A stretch of DNA of 64,000 nt from an uncultured Candidatus Saccharibacteria bacterium (GCA_964522195.1 CAZFSV010000003.1:29575-93574), one strand, 5' to 3'; positions 20,007-30,423 are shown, numbered from the stretch's first letter. The notes: generated by a model from the sequence alone, not told the origin. Numbers and translations are program-made.

Positions 20007-21041
20007 ATGTCATCATCTATATCATTTAAACCTAAACAAGTTACAAAGAAAATAATCTCACATTTACCAGAAAGAGCTGTTGATGTGATTGTGAATAGAT
20101 TTGGACTTGATCCAAATGACTTGGAAAGAAAAACCTTAGAAGAAATTGGTAAAAAATATAATATTACTCGTGAAAGAGTTAGGCAAATTAAAGAAAATAG
20201 TATTTCTTTAATCAAAAAATCTCCTACTTTTAAAGCAGAGCAAGCCTTATTTGAAGAATTAAAAACTTTAATCCATTCTTTAGGTTCTGTTGTTTCTGAA
20301 CATGAATTTTTAAATTATATTTCTAAAGATAAAGCTACTCAAAATCACATACATTTTTATTTAGTTTTAGGTGATATGTTTAAGAAACATAAAGAAGACG
20401 ATCATTTTAAGGCTCGCTGGAGTGTGGATGATGAAATGACTGACAAGGTTCATGATTCTTTGAAAAAACTTTATGCTTCTTTGAAGGATGAAGATTTAGT
20501 TCCTGAAACAGAAATGATAAAGAAATTTTTTGAGCAAATGAAAGACGTTGCTGATAATTATAGAGATGAAGAAGTTGCAAAAAGATGGCTTGCTATATCA
20601 AAGAAGATTTCTAAAAATCCACTTGGTGATTGGGGTAAATCAGAATCTCAAAATGTAAGTACTAGAGGAGTTAAAGATTATGCATATTTAGTTATGCGTA
20701 AACATGGCTCACCTATGCATTTTAAAGAAGTAACTGATTCTATTTCAAAAACTTTTGGTAGAAAATCTCACTACGCTACAACTCACAATGAACTTATAAA
20801 AGACACTCGTTTCGTTTTAGTTGGACGTGGACTTTATGCTTTATCTGAATGGGGATATTCAAGAGGTATTGCTCGTGATGTTATAGCAGATATTCTAAAA
20901 AAAGAAGGTCCTTTATCTAAAGAAGATATTATTGAAAGAGTTATGAAAGAAAGATACTTTAAGAAAAATACAATTTTAGTTAATCTAGCAAATTCTAAAT
21001 ATTTTAAGAAAAACAAAAACGGACTTTATACTAATGCTTAA
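20007..21041 (+). CDS. Sigma70 region-4 HTH protein with C-terminal winged-HTH (HARE-HTH-like) domains
   Basis: RFGL..KTLEEIGKKYNITRERVRQI and HNELIKDTRFVLVGRGLYALSEWG. Confidence 0.75.
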   Translation: MSSSISFKPKQVTKKIISHLPERAVDVIVNRFGLDPNDLERKTLEEIGKKYNITRERVRQIKENSISLIKKSPTFKAEQALFEELKTLIHSLGSVVSEHEFLNYISKDKATQNHIHFYLVLGDMFKKHKEDDHFKARWSVDDEMTDKVHDSLKKLYASLKDEDLVPETEMIKKFFEQMKDVADNYRDEEVAKRWLAISKKISKNPLGDWGKSESQNVSTRGVKDYAYLVMRKHGSPMHFKEVTDSISKTFGRKSHYATTHNELIKDTRFVLVGRGLYALSEWGYSRGIARDVIADILKKEGPLSKEDIIERVMKERYFKKNTILVNLANSKYFKKNKNGLYTNA

Positions 21042-21071
21042 GAAAAATCCCTCAAAAGAGGGATTTTTCTT
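21040..21071 (+). terminator. Intrinsic terminator
   Basis: AAGAAAAATCCCTC-AAAA-GAGGGATTTTTCTT. Confidence 0.85.
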
Positions 21072-21105
21072 TTACATTATTTATTTTTTATAATAAAATA
21101 TAAAT

Positions 21106-22524
21106 ATGCTTAATTATGCTTTAATTCTTGGATCGATTGTTTTAATATTTTTTTATCCAAAATTTTGGTTTTTGCCTTTTGTGTTTATTTTTTTTAATGC
21201 AACAATTATTGCTTGGCAAGGATTATCTCTGTTTTATTGGGTACCAACAATAGCTTCTTTTTTATTGGGATTCTTTTTCCCATTTTTTTGGTTATTTGCA
21301 GCAGTGTTAGTTTTTGGAAGATTAACTTGGTTTTTATGGCTTCATTATATTCAACAACATTTCATCGCCGGTATAGATTTTGTTTTGCTTGAAATAATTC
21401 CACCTCGTGAAGTAGAAAGAAATCCAAAAGCTATGGAACTTTTTTTTACGAACGCCCTTTATCACTGGAGCATTAAAGGTGGACGTGAAGAATATTGGCA
21501 AGGTGCTGTTTGGCTTTGGTTTTCACTTGAAATTGCTTCTATAGAAGGACAAGTGCATTTTTATATTCGCACTCCAACTAGAATAAGAGGACTTATAGAA
21601 ACTCAAATGTATGCTCAATATCCTCAAGCTCAAATTAAAGAAGTACCTGATTATACTTTAGCGATCGATGAAATTTCTCCTAAAAGTGATTGGCAACTTT
21701 GGGGTTGTGAATGGAATTTAGAAAAACATCATGCTTATCCTATTAAAACTTATGTTGATTATGGACTCGATAAAGACCCGGATGAAGAATTAAAAATAGA
21801 TCCACTTTCGTCTATTATTGAACTATTTGCAGCATTAAAAAAAGACGAACAAATGTGGCTTCAGATTTTAGTTAGACCATCTAAACTAGAATTTACTTCA
21901 CCCGGTTCTAGAGAAAAACATGACTGGGTACAAGAATCTCGCTTAGAGCTTGAAAGATTGCTTGAAAAATTTGCTCGAATGAATATTATTGAAGGTGATA
22001 CCGTTCAAAGAGTTCGTCCTCCTTATACTATGGAGAAGGAAGCAAAAGGTATCGGTGATAAAATACAAAAAATTGGTTTTGATGTTGGAATTAGAACTTG
22101 TTATGTTGCAAAGAAATCAGCTTGGGATTTAAACAATCGCCGTAATATTCGTTTGGTTTTTAGGCAATACTCAAATCCTCAATTAAATAGTTTAGTTCGT
22201 ACTAATAGTACACAGGCGGATGCTTATGGTGGTTTAATTACTGTGTTAAATAGTGAACAAGTTATGGTTTTATCAAACAGAATGCTAGGTGAGTACAGAG
22301 ATAGATCTTTCTTTCATGATCCAATGAAAAAACAACTTTTAACTGATTTGTCTTGGCCACTGTCACCTTTGCTTTTTATGTCTTTTAAACCTTCACCTGT
22401 TTATGTTTTGAATGTAGAAGAAATAGCTAGTCTTTGGCACTTTCCAGGTCAAATTCTTAAAATTCCTACTCTTGAAAGAGTTGAAAGTAAAGAAGCTTCA
22501 CCACCTACAAATTTACCTATATAG
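21106..22524 (+). CDS. Conserved CPR membrane protein resembling the N-terminal module associated with VirD4-like ATPases
   Basis: LLEIIPPRE..PKAME, FSLEIASIEGQVHFYI, YAQYPQAQI.EV.DY, LNVEEIASLWHFP; family recognised from memory. Confidence 0.6.
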   Translation: MLNYALILGSIVLIFFYPKFWFLPFVFIFFNATIIAWQGLSLFYWVPTIASFLLGFFFPFFWLFAAVLVFGRLTWFLWLHYIQQHFIAGIDFVLLEIIPPREVERNPKAMELFFTNALYHWSIKGGREEYWQGAVWLWFSLEIASIEGQVHFYIRTPTRIRGLIETQMYAQYPQAQIKEVPDYTLAIDEISPKSDWQLWGCEWNLEKHHAYPIKTYVDYGLDKDPDEELKIDPLSSIIELFAALKKDEQMWLQILVRPSKLEFTSPGSREKHDWVQESRLELERLLEKFARMNIIEGDTVQRVRPPYTMEKEAKGIGDKIQKIGFDVGIRTCYVAKKSAWDLNNRRNIRLVFRQYSNPQLNSLVRTNSTQADAYGGLITVLNSEQVMVLSNRMLGEYRDRSFFHDPMKKQLLTDLSWPLSPLLFMSFKPSPVYVLNVEEIASLWHFPGQILKIPTLERVESKEASPPTNLPI

Positions 22525-22530
22525 CTTTAT

Positions 22531-23463
22531 ATGGAACAACAAAATTTTTCAATAGAAAATAATAAGTTTGAATTTAAAAAGAAATTTAATTTCTTAAAGT
22601 TTTTTTCTTTTATCTTTTTTATTGTTTTATTTATAATTGGTTTTTTGTTTATTTATAATATACAACCTCCAAAAAATTTTAATACAGAATTAATTTTCTC
22701 TATTGAGAAAGGAGACAGTGTCAGGAAAATATCAAAAAAATTAGAAGAAAATAATTTTATAAAATCCAGAATGCTTTTCGAAACCTTTGTGATTTTATTT
22801 GGTGGTGAGAAAAATATTAAAGTAGGAGATTATGTTTTTAAAGAAAAATTAAGCGTAATAAGATTAGCTCAAAATATTTCTTTAGGAATTAAAGGATTAA
22901 GTCCTATTAAAATTACAATACCTGAAGGATTTACAAATGAAGAGATTGCGTCTTTAATTTCAGAAAAATTAAAAAACTTTAATAAAAATAATTTTTTAAA
23001 TGAAGTTAGCAATAAACAAGGATATTTATTTCCAGATACATATTTTTTCTTAACTTCAGATGGTGAGAATGTTGTTATTGAGAGTTTAGAAAATAATTTT
23101 AAAAAAAGAACTAAAGATGTTTTTCTTAATCTAAGTGAAGAAAAGGTTAAAGAAATAATAGTTATGGCTTCAATAATAGAAGGAGAAGCAAATGGAGATA
23201 ATGATAGAGAAATTATTTCAGGAATTTTATGGAAAAGAATAAGTATTAATATGGCTTTGCAAGTAGACATAGCTCCTATTACTTATAAAGAGAGAGGTTT
23301 ACCTAATATTCCTATTAATAATCCAGGATTAAAAGCAATAAATGCCTCTTTAAAACCAAAAAGTTCACCTTATCTTTATTATATTCACGATAAAGAAGGG
23401 AATACTTATTATGGTAAAGATTTTAAGGAACACAGACAAAATATAGAAAAATATTTAAAATAG
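22531..23463 (+). CDS. mltG: Endolytic transglycosylase MltG
   Basis: ITIPEG, GYLFPDTY, MASIIEGEA, GLP..PINNPG, YLYY. Confidence 0.92.
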   Translation: MEQQNFSIENNKFEFKKKFNFLKFFSFIFFIVLFIIGFLFIYNIQPPKNFNTELIFSIEKGDSVRKISKKLEENNFIKSRMLFETFVILFGGEKNIKVGDYVFKEKLSVIRLAQNISLGIKGLSPIKITIPEGFTNEEIASLISEKLKNFNKNNFLNEVSNKQGYLFPDTYFFLTSDGENVVIESLENNFKKRTKDVFLNLSEEKVKEIIVMASIIEGEANGDNDREIISGILWKRISINMALQVDIAPITYKERGLPNIPINNPGLKAINASLKPKSSPYLYYIHDKEGNTYYGKDFKEHRQNIEKYLK

Positions 23464-24650
23464 TGTATAAATATAAGGTGAGTAAGAAAAATCAAAATTC
23501 CAATAAAACAGTCTTTGTGGGTATGTCTGGGGGTGTAGATAGTTCTTTGTCTGCTTATTTACTTAAAGAACAAGGATATAATGTGGTGGGAGTTTTTATC
23601 AAAACCTGGCATCCGGATTTTATAGAATGTAACGAAGAAGAAGAACGTAGGGACGCTATGAGAGTAGCAGCGTTCTTGGATATTCCTTTCCTGACTTTTG
23701 ATTTTGAAGATGTTTATAAAAAAGGTGTGGCAGATTATATGATAAATGAATATAAAGCTGGGAGAACTCCTAATCCGGATGTTATGTGTAATCGAGAGGT
23801 TAAATTTGGTGCGTTTTTAAATAAAGCTTTATCTATGGGAGCAGATTTTGTAGCAACTGGGCATTATGTAAATGTCCGACAAGAAAATAATTCTTTTTCT
23901 CAGGTCCTCGGGTCGTCTTCGCCTCAACCAGACCATTCCAAAAAGAACAATTCTCTTGTCGCTTTAAATTATTATTTTTTTGATTTGCTGAAATCTATTG
24001 ATCCGACAAAAGATCAAAGCTATTTCCTGTGGACTTTAAAACAAGAACAGTTAAAAAATATTTTATTTCCTATTGGTAATTTAACCAAGAAGCAAGTTAG
24101 AGTTTTAGCAAAAAAATACAAATTACCAGTTGCTTTTAAAAAAGATAGTCAAGGAATTTGTTTTTTAGGCATGGTTGATTTGAAAGATTTTCTTAAGCAC
24201 TACATAAAAGAAAAAAAAGGTAAAGTTTTAAATGAAAAAGGAGAAAAAATAGGAGAGCATGAAGGAGCTTTTTTCTATACCTTAGGAGAAAGAAAAGGAT
24301 TTAAAATTATAAAGAAAAATCCAAATGATAAACCTTATTATATTTTTGCAAAAGATATAGAAAAAAACATTTTACACGTCAGTCAAAACAAAGATTACTT
24401 AAAAGAAAATAAAAAAGATAATAATTTTCATATTTTGGAAAATTTAAATTTTATTAATGAAATTCCAAAAGAAAATAAAGAGTATACAGCTCAAGTGAGG
24501 TATCATGGAGAATTTTATAAATGTAAATTAGAATTTATAGATTCAAAAAAACTAAAAATTTATTTTGGAAAAGAGGTTTTAGTGGATTCAGGTCAATCTG
24601 TGGTTTTTTATGATAAAGATATTGTTTTGGGTGGAGGAATAGTGGTTTAG
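23463..24650 (+). CDS. mnmA: tRNA 2-thiouridylase MnmA (start may be GTG 23478)
   Basis: GMSGGVDSS, TPNPDVMCNREVKFG, ATGHY, KDQSYFL, DSQGICF. Confidence 0.96.
   Translation: MYKYKVSKKNQNSNKTVFVGMSGGVDSSLSAYLLKEQGYNVVGVFIKTWHPDFIECNEEEERRDAMRVAAFLDIPFLTFDFEDVYKKGVADYMINEYKAGRTPNPDVMCNREVKFGAFLNKALSMGADFVATGHYVNVRQENNSFSQVLGSSSPQPDHSKKNNSLVALNYYFFDLLKSIDPTKDQSYFLWTLKQEQLKNILFPIGNLTKKQVRVLAKKYKLPVAFKKDSQGICFLGMVDLKDFLKHYIKEKKGKVLNEKGEKIGEHEGAFFYTLGERKGFKIIKKNPNDKPYYIFAKDIEKNILHVSQNKDYLKENKKDNNFHILENLNFINEIPKENKEYTAQVRYHGEFYKCKLEFIDSKKLKIYFGKEVLVDSGQSVVFYDKDIVLGGGIVV
23877..23961. repeat. Palindromic element inside mnmA, reading frame preserved
   Basis: CGACAAGA..TTCTTTTT..GGTC / GACC..AAAAAGAA..TCTTGTCG; adds about 28 aa between ATGHY and KDQSYFL. 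Confidence 0.75.
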
Positions 24651-24685
24651 TTTTATTTTTTTGTATTTTAAGCTACAATATTTAA

Positions 24686-25153
24686 ATGGAACAAATTTTT
24701 GTAGAAAATAGTGATATGTTTGTTAAATTATTACTAGCTGTATTTTTAGGGGCTTTAATTGGTCTTGAAAGAGTTTTGGTTCATAAAGAAGCAGGTATGA
24801 AAACTCATGCTTTAGTTGCTTTAGGTTCCGCTCTTTTTATTATAATTTCAGAAGCCATCGCTCTTAAATATTCAGGTCTAACTGATTTTGATGCTAGTCG
24901 TATTGCCTCACAAGTTGTTGTAGGTATTGGTTTTTTGGGGGCAGGTTCTATTATGCTTAAGGGCTCATATATTAGTGGATTAACTACCGCATCAGGACTT
25001 TGGGTTACTGCTGGGATTGGTATGGCTGTTGGATTTGGACTTTATACTCTTGCGATAAGTGCAAGTATTTTAGTTTTACTTGTTTTTGTTTTAATGAGTA
25101 TATTTGAACGCCCGATTAAAAAAATTATAGAAGAAAATAATAAAGAGAATTAA
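24686..25153 (+). CDS. MgtC/SapB family protein
   Basis: IGLER..AGMKTHALV, RIASQVVVGIGFLGAG, GLTTASGLW. Confidence 0.92.
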   Translation: MEQIFVENSDMFVKLLLAVFLGALIGLERVLVHKEAGMKTHALVALGSALFIIISEAIALKYSGLTDFDASRIASQVVVGIGFLGAGSIMLKGSYISGLTTASGLWVTAGIGMAVGFGLYTLAISASILVLLVFVLMSIFERPIKKIIEENNKEN

Positions 25154-25154
25154 T

Positions 25155-26894
25155 ATGCAGTCAAATGAGATTAGGGAAAAATTTTTAAAGTTTTTTGAAA
25201 AAAGAGGACACTCAATAATTCCTTCGGCTTCGCTCGTACCTGAGAATGACCCTTCTGTACTTTTTAATACAGCTGGTATGCAACCTCTTGTACCTTACCT
25301 TTTAGGTCAAACTCACCCTATGGGAAAGAGAATTGCAAACGTTCAAAAATGTGTCCGAACAGGGGATTTAGAAGATATTGGAGATAATAGACATTTTTCA
25401 TTTTTTGAGATGCTTGGTAATTGGTCTTTAGGAGAATATTTTAAAGAAGAAGCTATCAAATGGTCTTATGAATTTTTAACTTCTAAAGAAGAAGGTTTAG
25501 GGCTTGATATAAATAGACTTTATTTTACTGTTTTTGAAGGTGATGAGAATGCTGCTTTTGATGAAGAATCAAAAAGGATTTGGATGGGTTTAGGAATACC
25601 TGAGAATCGTATTTATGCTTTACCTGCAGAAGATAATTGGTGGAGTCCGGGAGATAACGGTCCTTGTGGTCCTTGCTCGGAGATGTTTTATGACATGGAG
25701 GGGGACGTTGGAGATTTAAATCATTCAGAATTTTTAAAAGCAATAGAAGAAGAAAGAGTTATAGAAATTTGGAATGATGTTTTTATGGAATACGAGAAAA
25801 AAGATGGAAAAGTTATTGGTAAACTTTCTCAGAAAAATGTAGACACAGGTGCTGGGCTTGAGAGAATGACTGCAGTTATGCAAGGCAAAAAGACTGCTTA
25901 TGATACTGATATTTTTGAAGGAGCTATGCAAATTATTAAAGAAGGTTCTCAAAAATTTGATTTAAGATCCGCAAGAGTGATTGCTGATCATGTTAGAACT
26001 TCAGCTTTTTTAATTTCAGATCATGTTTTACCTGATAAAAAAAATCAAGGATATGTATTACGTAGATTAATCAGAAGAGCTGTTTTAAAAATGAAACAAA
26101 TTGAATCCCATAACGTTTTAAGTGCTAATTTAATTAAATATTTTATAGAGAAATATTCAAGTATTTACACAAATTTAAAAAACTTAAAAATTAAAGAAAT
26201 TTTTATTGAAGAAGAAGAAAGATTTTTAAATACTATAGAACAAGGATTGAAAGAGTTTGAAAAAGGAGTTGATCCTTTCATTTTAGCTACTACTTATGGT
26301 TTTCCAATAGAATTAACGCTGGAATTAGCTAGGGAAAAAGGGTTAGAAGTTAATTTAGAAGACTTTAAGAAGAAAATGGAAGAGCATCAAAAGCTTTCCG
26401 CTACTGCGTCCGCAGGTATGTTTAAAGGTGGACTTGCGAATCATAACGAGAAAACTATTCGCCTGCACACAGCGCACCATTTACTTTTAGCAGGGTTACA
26501 GCAAATTGTAGATAAGAATATTAAACAAAGAGGAAGTAATATCACTGAAGAGCGTTTGCGTATTGATTTCCTTTGTGATCACAAGCTTACCGATGAAGAA
26601 AAAAAGAAAGTAGAAGATTTTGTAAATGAGAAAATTAATCTTGGGCTCAATGTCGTCCGAAGAGAAATGCCTTTGAAAGAAGCAGAAGAGATAGGGGCTG
26701 AGATGGAATTCGGAGCGAAGTATCCTGAAGTTGTATCTCTTTATTTTATTGAAGACGAAAATGGTAATCCAGTTTCTAAAGAATTCTGTGGCGGACCGCA
26801 CGTACAAAATACAAAAGAAATAGGAAAATTCAAAATCCAAAAAGAAGAAGCCGTAGCTTCTGGTATCCGCCGTATTAAGGCAATCTTGGAATAA
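25155..26894 (+). CDS. alaS: Alanine--tRNA ligase, short form without C-Ala
   Basis: LFNTAGMQP, FFEMLGNWS, DTGAGLER, editing motifs HTAHHLL and CGGPH; ends at GIRRIKA. Confidence 0.96.
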   Translation: MQSNEIREKFLKFFEKRGHSIIPSASLVPENDPSVLFNTAGMQPLVPYLLGQTHPMGKRIANVQKCVRTGDLEDIGDNRHFSFFEMLGNWSLGEYFKEEAIKWSYEFLTSKEEGLGLDINRLYFTVFEGDENAAFDEESKRIWMGLGIPENRIYALPAEDNWWSPGDNGPCGPCSEMFYDMEGDVGDLNHSEFLKAIEEERVIEIWNDVFMEYEKKDGKVIGKLSQKNVDTGAGLERMTAVMQGKKTAYDTDIFEGAMQIIKEGSQKFDLRSARVIADHVRTSAFLISDHVLPDKKNQGYVLRRLIRRAVLKMKQIESHNVLSANLIKYFIEKYSSIYTNLKNLKIKEIFIEEEERFLNTIEQGLKEFEKGVDPFILATTYGFPIELTLELAREKGLEVNLEDFKKKMEEHQKLSATASAGMFKGGLANHNEKTIRLHTAHHLLLAGLQQIVDKNIKQRGSNITEERLRIDFLCDHKLTDEEKKKVEDFVNEKINLGLNVVRREMPLKEAEEIGAEMEFGAKYPEVVSLYFIEDENGNPVSKEFCGGPHVQNTKEIGKFKIQKEEAVASGIRRIKAILE

Positions 26895-26936
26895 AATTAA
26901 TTTTGAATAAAATTTTATACAGGTTATAATATTGGT

Positions 26937-28109
26937 ATGGGATTTTTTTCAAAAAAGAAAAAAGATGAGTTAGTTTTAGTTTTTGATATTGGATCTTCTT
27001 CTGTAGGAGCTTCTTTTTTTATGATGAGAGAAAATTCTTCTCCTGAAATAATTTACACCCATCGCGAGGCTATTGTTGTTATAGAAAATTTGGAGTTAGA
27101 TTCATTTTTAAATAATACTTTAAAAGCTTTAAGGATCGTGGTTGCAAAAATGTGTCTTGCTGGTATTGGAAAACCAGAAAAAATATTTTGTACTTTATCT
27201 TTACCTTGGTTTCATCCTGAAACAAGAATCATTAAATATTCCCAAGAAGAACCTTTTATTTTTAGTAATAAATTAGTAAATTCTTTGATTGAAAAAGAAG
27301 TAGAATCTTTAATAAAAACATACAATAAAGATGTAAACAATCAAACAGTTATACCTATCGAAATGAAAACTATGGGTATTTCTTTAAATGGTTATGAAAC
27401 CAAAGATCCTGAAAATAAAAAAGCTAAAGAATTAGAAATTTTCACTTTTTTTTCTTTAAGCGAAAAAGATTTTTTAGATAAAATAGAAGAAGAAATTCAA
27501 AAACATTTTCATTATAAAAGTATAAAATTTTCTTCTTTTTTAATAAATTCTTTTACTGTTGCTCGTGATATGTTTGTAAATTATGACAGATTTTTACTTG
27601 TAAATATAGGAGGAGAATTAACAGAATTATCTTTAGTTAAAAAAGAAAAAATTAAAGATAATTTGTCTTTTCCTATGGGTTGCAATTTTATGTTACGAAA
27701 CTTGGCTAAAAATTTAAATTTAGATATAAAGCAAGCCCACAACTATCTTTTAATGTATAAAGATAATCATCTTATAAATCAAGCTGATCCTAAGATAGAA
27801 GAAAATATTAATATTTTTAAAAATGAATGGTTGCAATCTTTTCAACAATCTTTAAATAATCTCTCTAATGATATATCATTACCATCAATAGTTTTTATTA
27901 CCGTAGATCAAGATCTGGCTTCATTTTTTTCTGAAATCATAAAAGGAGATCAGTTAAATCAATATTCTTTAACAGAAGATAAATTTAAAATTATATTTTT
28001 AAGTACAGAAGCTTTGCATGGTATTGTTACTTTTAAAAACAATGAAATTAAAAAAGATTCTTTGTTGATTATTGAGTCGATTTATATTAATCGTTTTTTA
28101 AATAAATAA
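26937..28109 (+). CDS. Actin-like ATPase fold protein (FtsA/PilM-like)
   Basis: LVFDIGSSSVGA and LLVNIGGELTELS phosphate-loop motifs. Confidence 0.65.
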   Translation: MGFFSKKKKDELVLVFDIGSSSVGASFFMMRENSSPEIIYTHREAIVVIENLELDSFLNNTLKALRIVVAKMCLAGIGKPEKIFCTLSLPWFHPETRIIKYSQEEPFIFSNKLVNSLIEKEVESLIKTYNKDVNNQTVIPIEMKTMGISLNGYETKDPENKKAKELEIFTFFSLSEKDFLDKIEEEIQKHFHYKSIKFSSFLINSFTVARDMFVNYDRFLLVNIGGELTELSLVKKEKIKDNLSFPMGCNFMLRNLAKNLNLDIKQAHNYLLMYKDNHLINQADPKIEENINIFKNEWLQSFQQSLNNLSNDISLPSIVFITVDQDLASFFSEIIKGDQLNQYSLTEDKFKIIFLSTEALHGIVTFKNNEIKKDSLLIIESIYINRFLNK

Positions 28110-28119
28110 ATTTAAATAT

Positions 28120-29490
28120 ATGCATAAAAATATTTTTCAAGATATGGTAAAAACAAAAAACGAAAATAGAAAAACCGATCTTTCTAAAAACAATAAAATC
28201 AAAGAAGATATTTCTCCTGTTTTTATTAAAAAAACTAATCAAAATATAAAAATAAAAAAAGTTACTGAAACAAGCTTGCCTTTAAAAAATAAAGAAGAAA
28301 ATTTTTCTGAATATAATTATACAATAGAAGATTTTAATAAAGATAAAATAAATAAGAATAAAAACAATATTGGTATATGGTTTTTTGTATTTTTAAGCTT
28401 ATTTTTCTTATTTTTTACTCTTTCTTCATATTTAACAAAAGCTTCTATTGTAATAAATCCGAAAGTAATTGATTTAAATTTATCTGATTCTTTTAAAGCT
28501 AACAAAGATTTAGATATTTTAAATGAAAACTTGGCTTTTCAGTTAATGATTATTGAAGATTCTATTTCAAAAGAAATTATAAGTAGCGGGGAAGTTGATG
28601 CACAAGAAAAAGCAGTAGGCCGAGTAGTTATTTATAACGCTTTCAGCAATACTCCTCAATCTTTAAGTGCTGAAACTAGATTAGAAAATCCTGATAAAAA
28701 AATCTTTAAAATTAAAGAAAAAGTTTTAATCCCTGGTATGTCAGAAGATGGTATACCTGGTTCTATTGAAGTAGATATTATAGCGAATGAAGCAGGAGAA
28801 TCTTATAATATACCACCAACAGATTTTGAGCTTATTGGTTTTAAGGGTACTAGTAAATATAAAAAAATATATGCTAGATCTTTAGGAGCAACTACAGGTG
28901 GTTTTAAAGGTAAAAAAAGTGTAATAGATGAAGAATTAAGAAATAACACAGAAAAAGAAATAAAACTAGAACTGGAAAGTCTTTTGTTGAAAAAAGCATT
29001 AGAGCAAATTCCTCCTGGTTATGTATTGTTTAAGAATGCTTCTTTGTTTAAATTTTATCCAGAATTAAAGACTTATGAAGGTGATTCTAAAAAAGCCTTT
29101 TTAGAGGTAAATGGTAAATTGAGTGCATTTCTGTTTGAAGAGAAAAATTTGACTAAAAATATTTTAAAAACAAAATTGCCTAAAGAAAGTACTGATGACG
29201 TGTATATTCTTAATTTAAGAGATCTTAATTTTAGCTTAGAAAATCAAAACACCAATTTAGAGCAATTAGCAGAAATAACTTTTAAGTTAACAGGGAATTC
29301 TTTTGTTGTGTCTTTAATAGATGATAAAGAATTGTTAAATAAATTGCTAGGTCAGCCAAAAAAGAATTTTAATAATATTTTATTTAAATATGACAACATT
29401 AAAGATGCAGATTTAGTGATTAAACCATTTTGGCAAAACAAAATTCCAGAAGACAAAAATAAGGTTAAAATAGAAGTAAATTATCCTTAG
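28120..29490 (+). CDS. Single-TM protein with baseplate-J-like extracellular domain
   Basis: AVGRVVIYN..L.AETRL..IPG..GSIEVDIIANEAGESYNI..GATTGG. Confidence 0.55.
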   Translation: MHKNIFQDMVKTKNENRKTDLSKNNKIKEDISPVFIKKTNQNIKIKKVTETSLPLKNKEENFSEYNYTIEDFNKDKINKNKNNIGIWFFVFLSLFFLFFTLSSYLTKASIVINPKVIDLNLSDSFKANKDLDILNENLAFQLMIIEDSISKEIISSGEVDAQEKAVGRVVIYNAFSNTPQSLSAETRLENPDKKIFKIKEKVLIPGMSEDGIPGSIEVDIIANEAGESYNIPPTDFELIGFKGTSKYKKIYARSLGATTGGFKGKKSVIDEELRNNTEKEIKLELESLLLKKALEQIPPGYVLFKNASLFKFYPELKTYEGDSKKAFLEVNGKLSAFLFEEKNLTKNILKTKLPKESTDDVYILNLRDLNFSLENQNTNLEQLAEITFKLTGNSFVVSLIDDKELLNKLLGQPKKNFNNILFKYDNIKDADLVIKPFWQNKIPEDKNKVKIEVNYP

Positions 29491-29545
29491 TTGTTAATTA
29501 GCATTTGACTGAATTTATTTAATTTGGTATGATGTTTTTGTATAA

Positions 29546-29767
29546 ATGAGTGATTTAAAAACAGATAAACCCTTAACAAAAATAGGTGTTATAATAGAAG
29601 CTTTACCTTCGACTTTATTCAAGGTTCGTTTTGAGACCGAGGAAGAAATTCTTGCGTATTTAGGTGGAAAAATGAGAATTAATAGAATTAAAGTTCTAAT
29701 AGGTGACAAGGTTGAAGTTTTATTAGATCCTTATGGTGGAAAAGGTAGAATTATTAAAAGATTATAA
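29546..29767 (+). CDS. infA: Translation initiation factor IF-1
   Basis: EALPSTLFKV, LAYLGGKMRINRIKVLIGDKV. Confidence 0.95.
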   Translation: MSDLKTDKPLTKIGVIIEALPSTLFKVRFETEEEILAYLGGKMRINRIKVLIGDKVEVLLDPYGGKGRIIKRL

Positions 29768-29893
29768 TAAAGTTATAAACACTTGTAATTTTTTTTAAAT
29801 AGTGTATTATTGTTATATTATTTAATTATATAAAAATTACAAAAATAAGGTTATCCTTATTTGTTTTGTTTTGTAATATTAAAAGGTAAATTT

Positions 29894-30004
29894 ATGAAGA
29901 TTAGAGCATCAGTAAAAAAGATTTGTGATAAGTGTAAAACTGTAAAGCGCAAAAGACATTTGCACGTTATTTGTTCTAACCCAAAACATAAGCAAAAACA
30001 ATAA
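29894..30004 (+). CDS. rpmJ: 50S ribosomal protein L36 (not in the ORF track)
   Basis: Hand translation [36 protein letters not shown]. Confidence 0.96.
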   Translation: MKIRASVKKICDKCKTVKRKRHLHVICSNPKHKQKQ

Positions 30005-30009
30005 AAATT

Positions 30010-30390
30010 ATGAGAATTTTAGGAATTACAGTACCAAATGAAAAAAGATTAGAAATAGGTTTAACTTGCCTTTATGGTATAGGTATACCTAAAGCTCGCA
30101 AAATTCTAACTCAAGTTGGAGTAGATCATGGTAAAAAACCAGATCAATTAACCACAGAAGAAGAAAATAAAATTCGTACTATTATAGAAGGAATGACTAT
30201 AGAAGGAAATTTAAAAAGAGAAATAGCTTCTAATATTAAAAGATTAAAAGATATTAAAAGTTACAGAGGAACAAGACATATGAAAAGATTACCAGCTCGC
30301 GGACAAAGAACAAAAACCAATTCAAGAACAGTAAGAGGTAATGTGAGAAACACAATGTCATCAGGTAGAAGAAAAGAAAGTAAAACATAA
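30010..30390 (+). CDS. rpsM: 30S ribosomal protein S13
   Basis: YGIG, SYRGTRH..LPARGQRTKTNSRT. Confidence 0.97.
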   Translation: MRILGITVPNEKRLEIGLTCLYGIGIPKARKILTQVGVDHGKKPDQLTTEEENKIRTIIEGMTIEGNLKREIASNIKRLKDIKSYRGTRHMKRLPARGQRTKTNSRTVRGNVRNTMSSGRRKESKT

Positions 30391-30423
30391 AAATTAGTTA
30401 TAAAGTTAAAGGTTATATATAAA

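Noticed and set aside
23877-23961. Intein or self-splicing intron in mnmA
   Set aside because: Far too short and lacks intein terminal residues or group I/II intron motifs
28120-29490. Prophage remnant
   Set aside because: No other phage genes or integrase, and the gene lies among core genes
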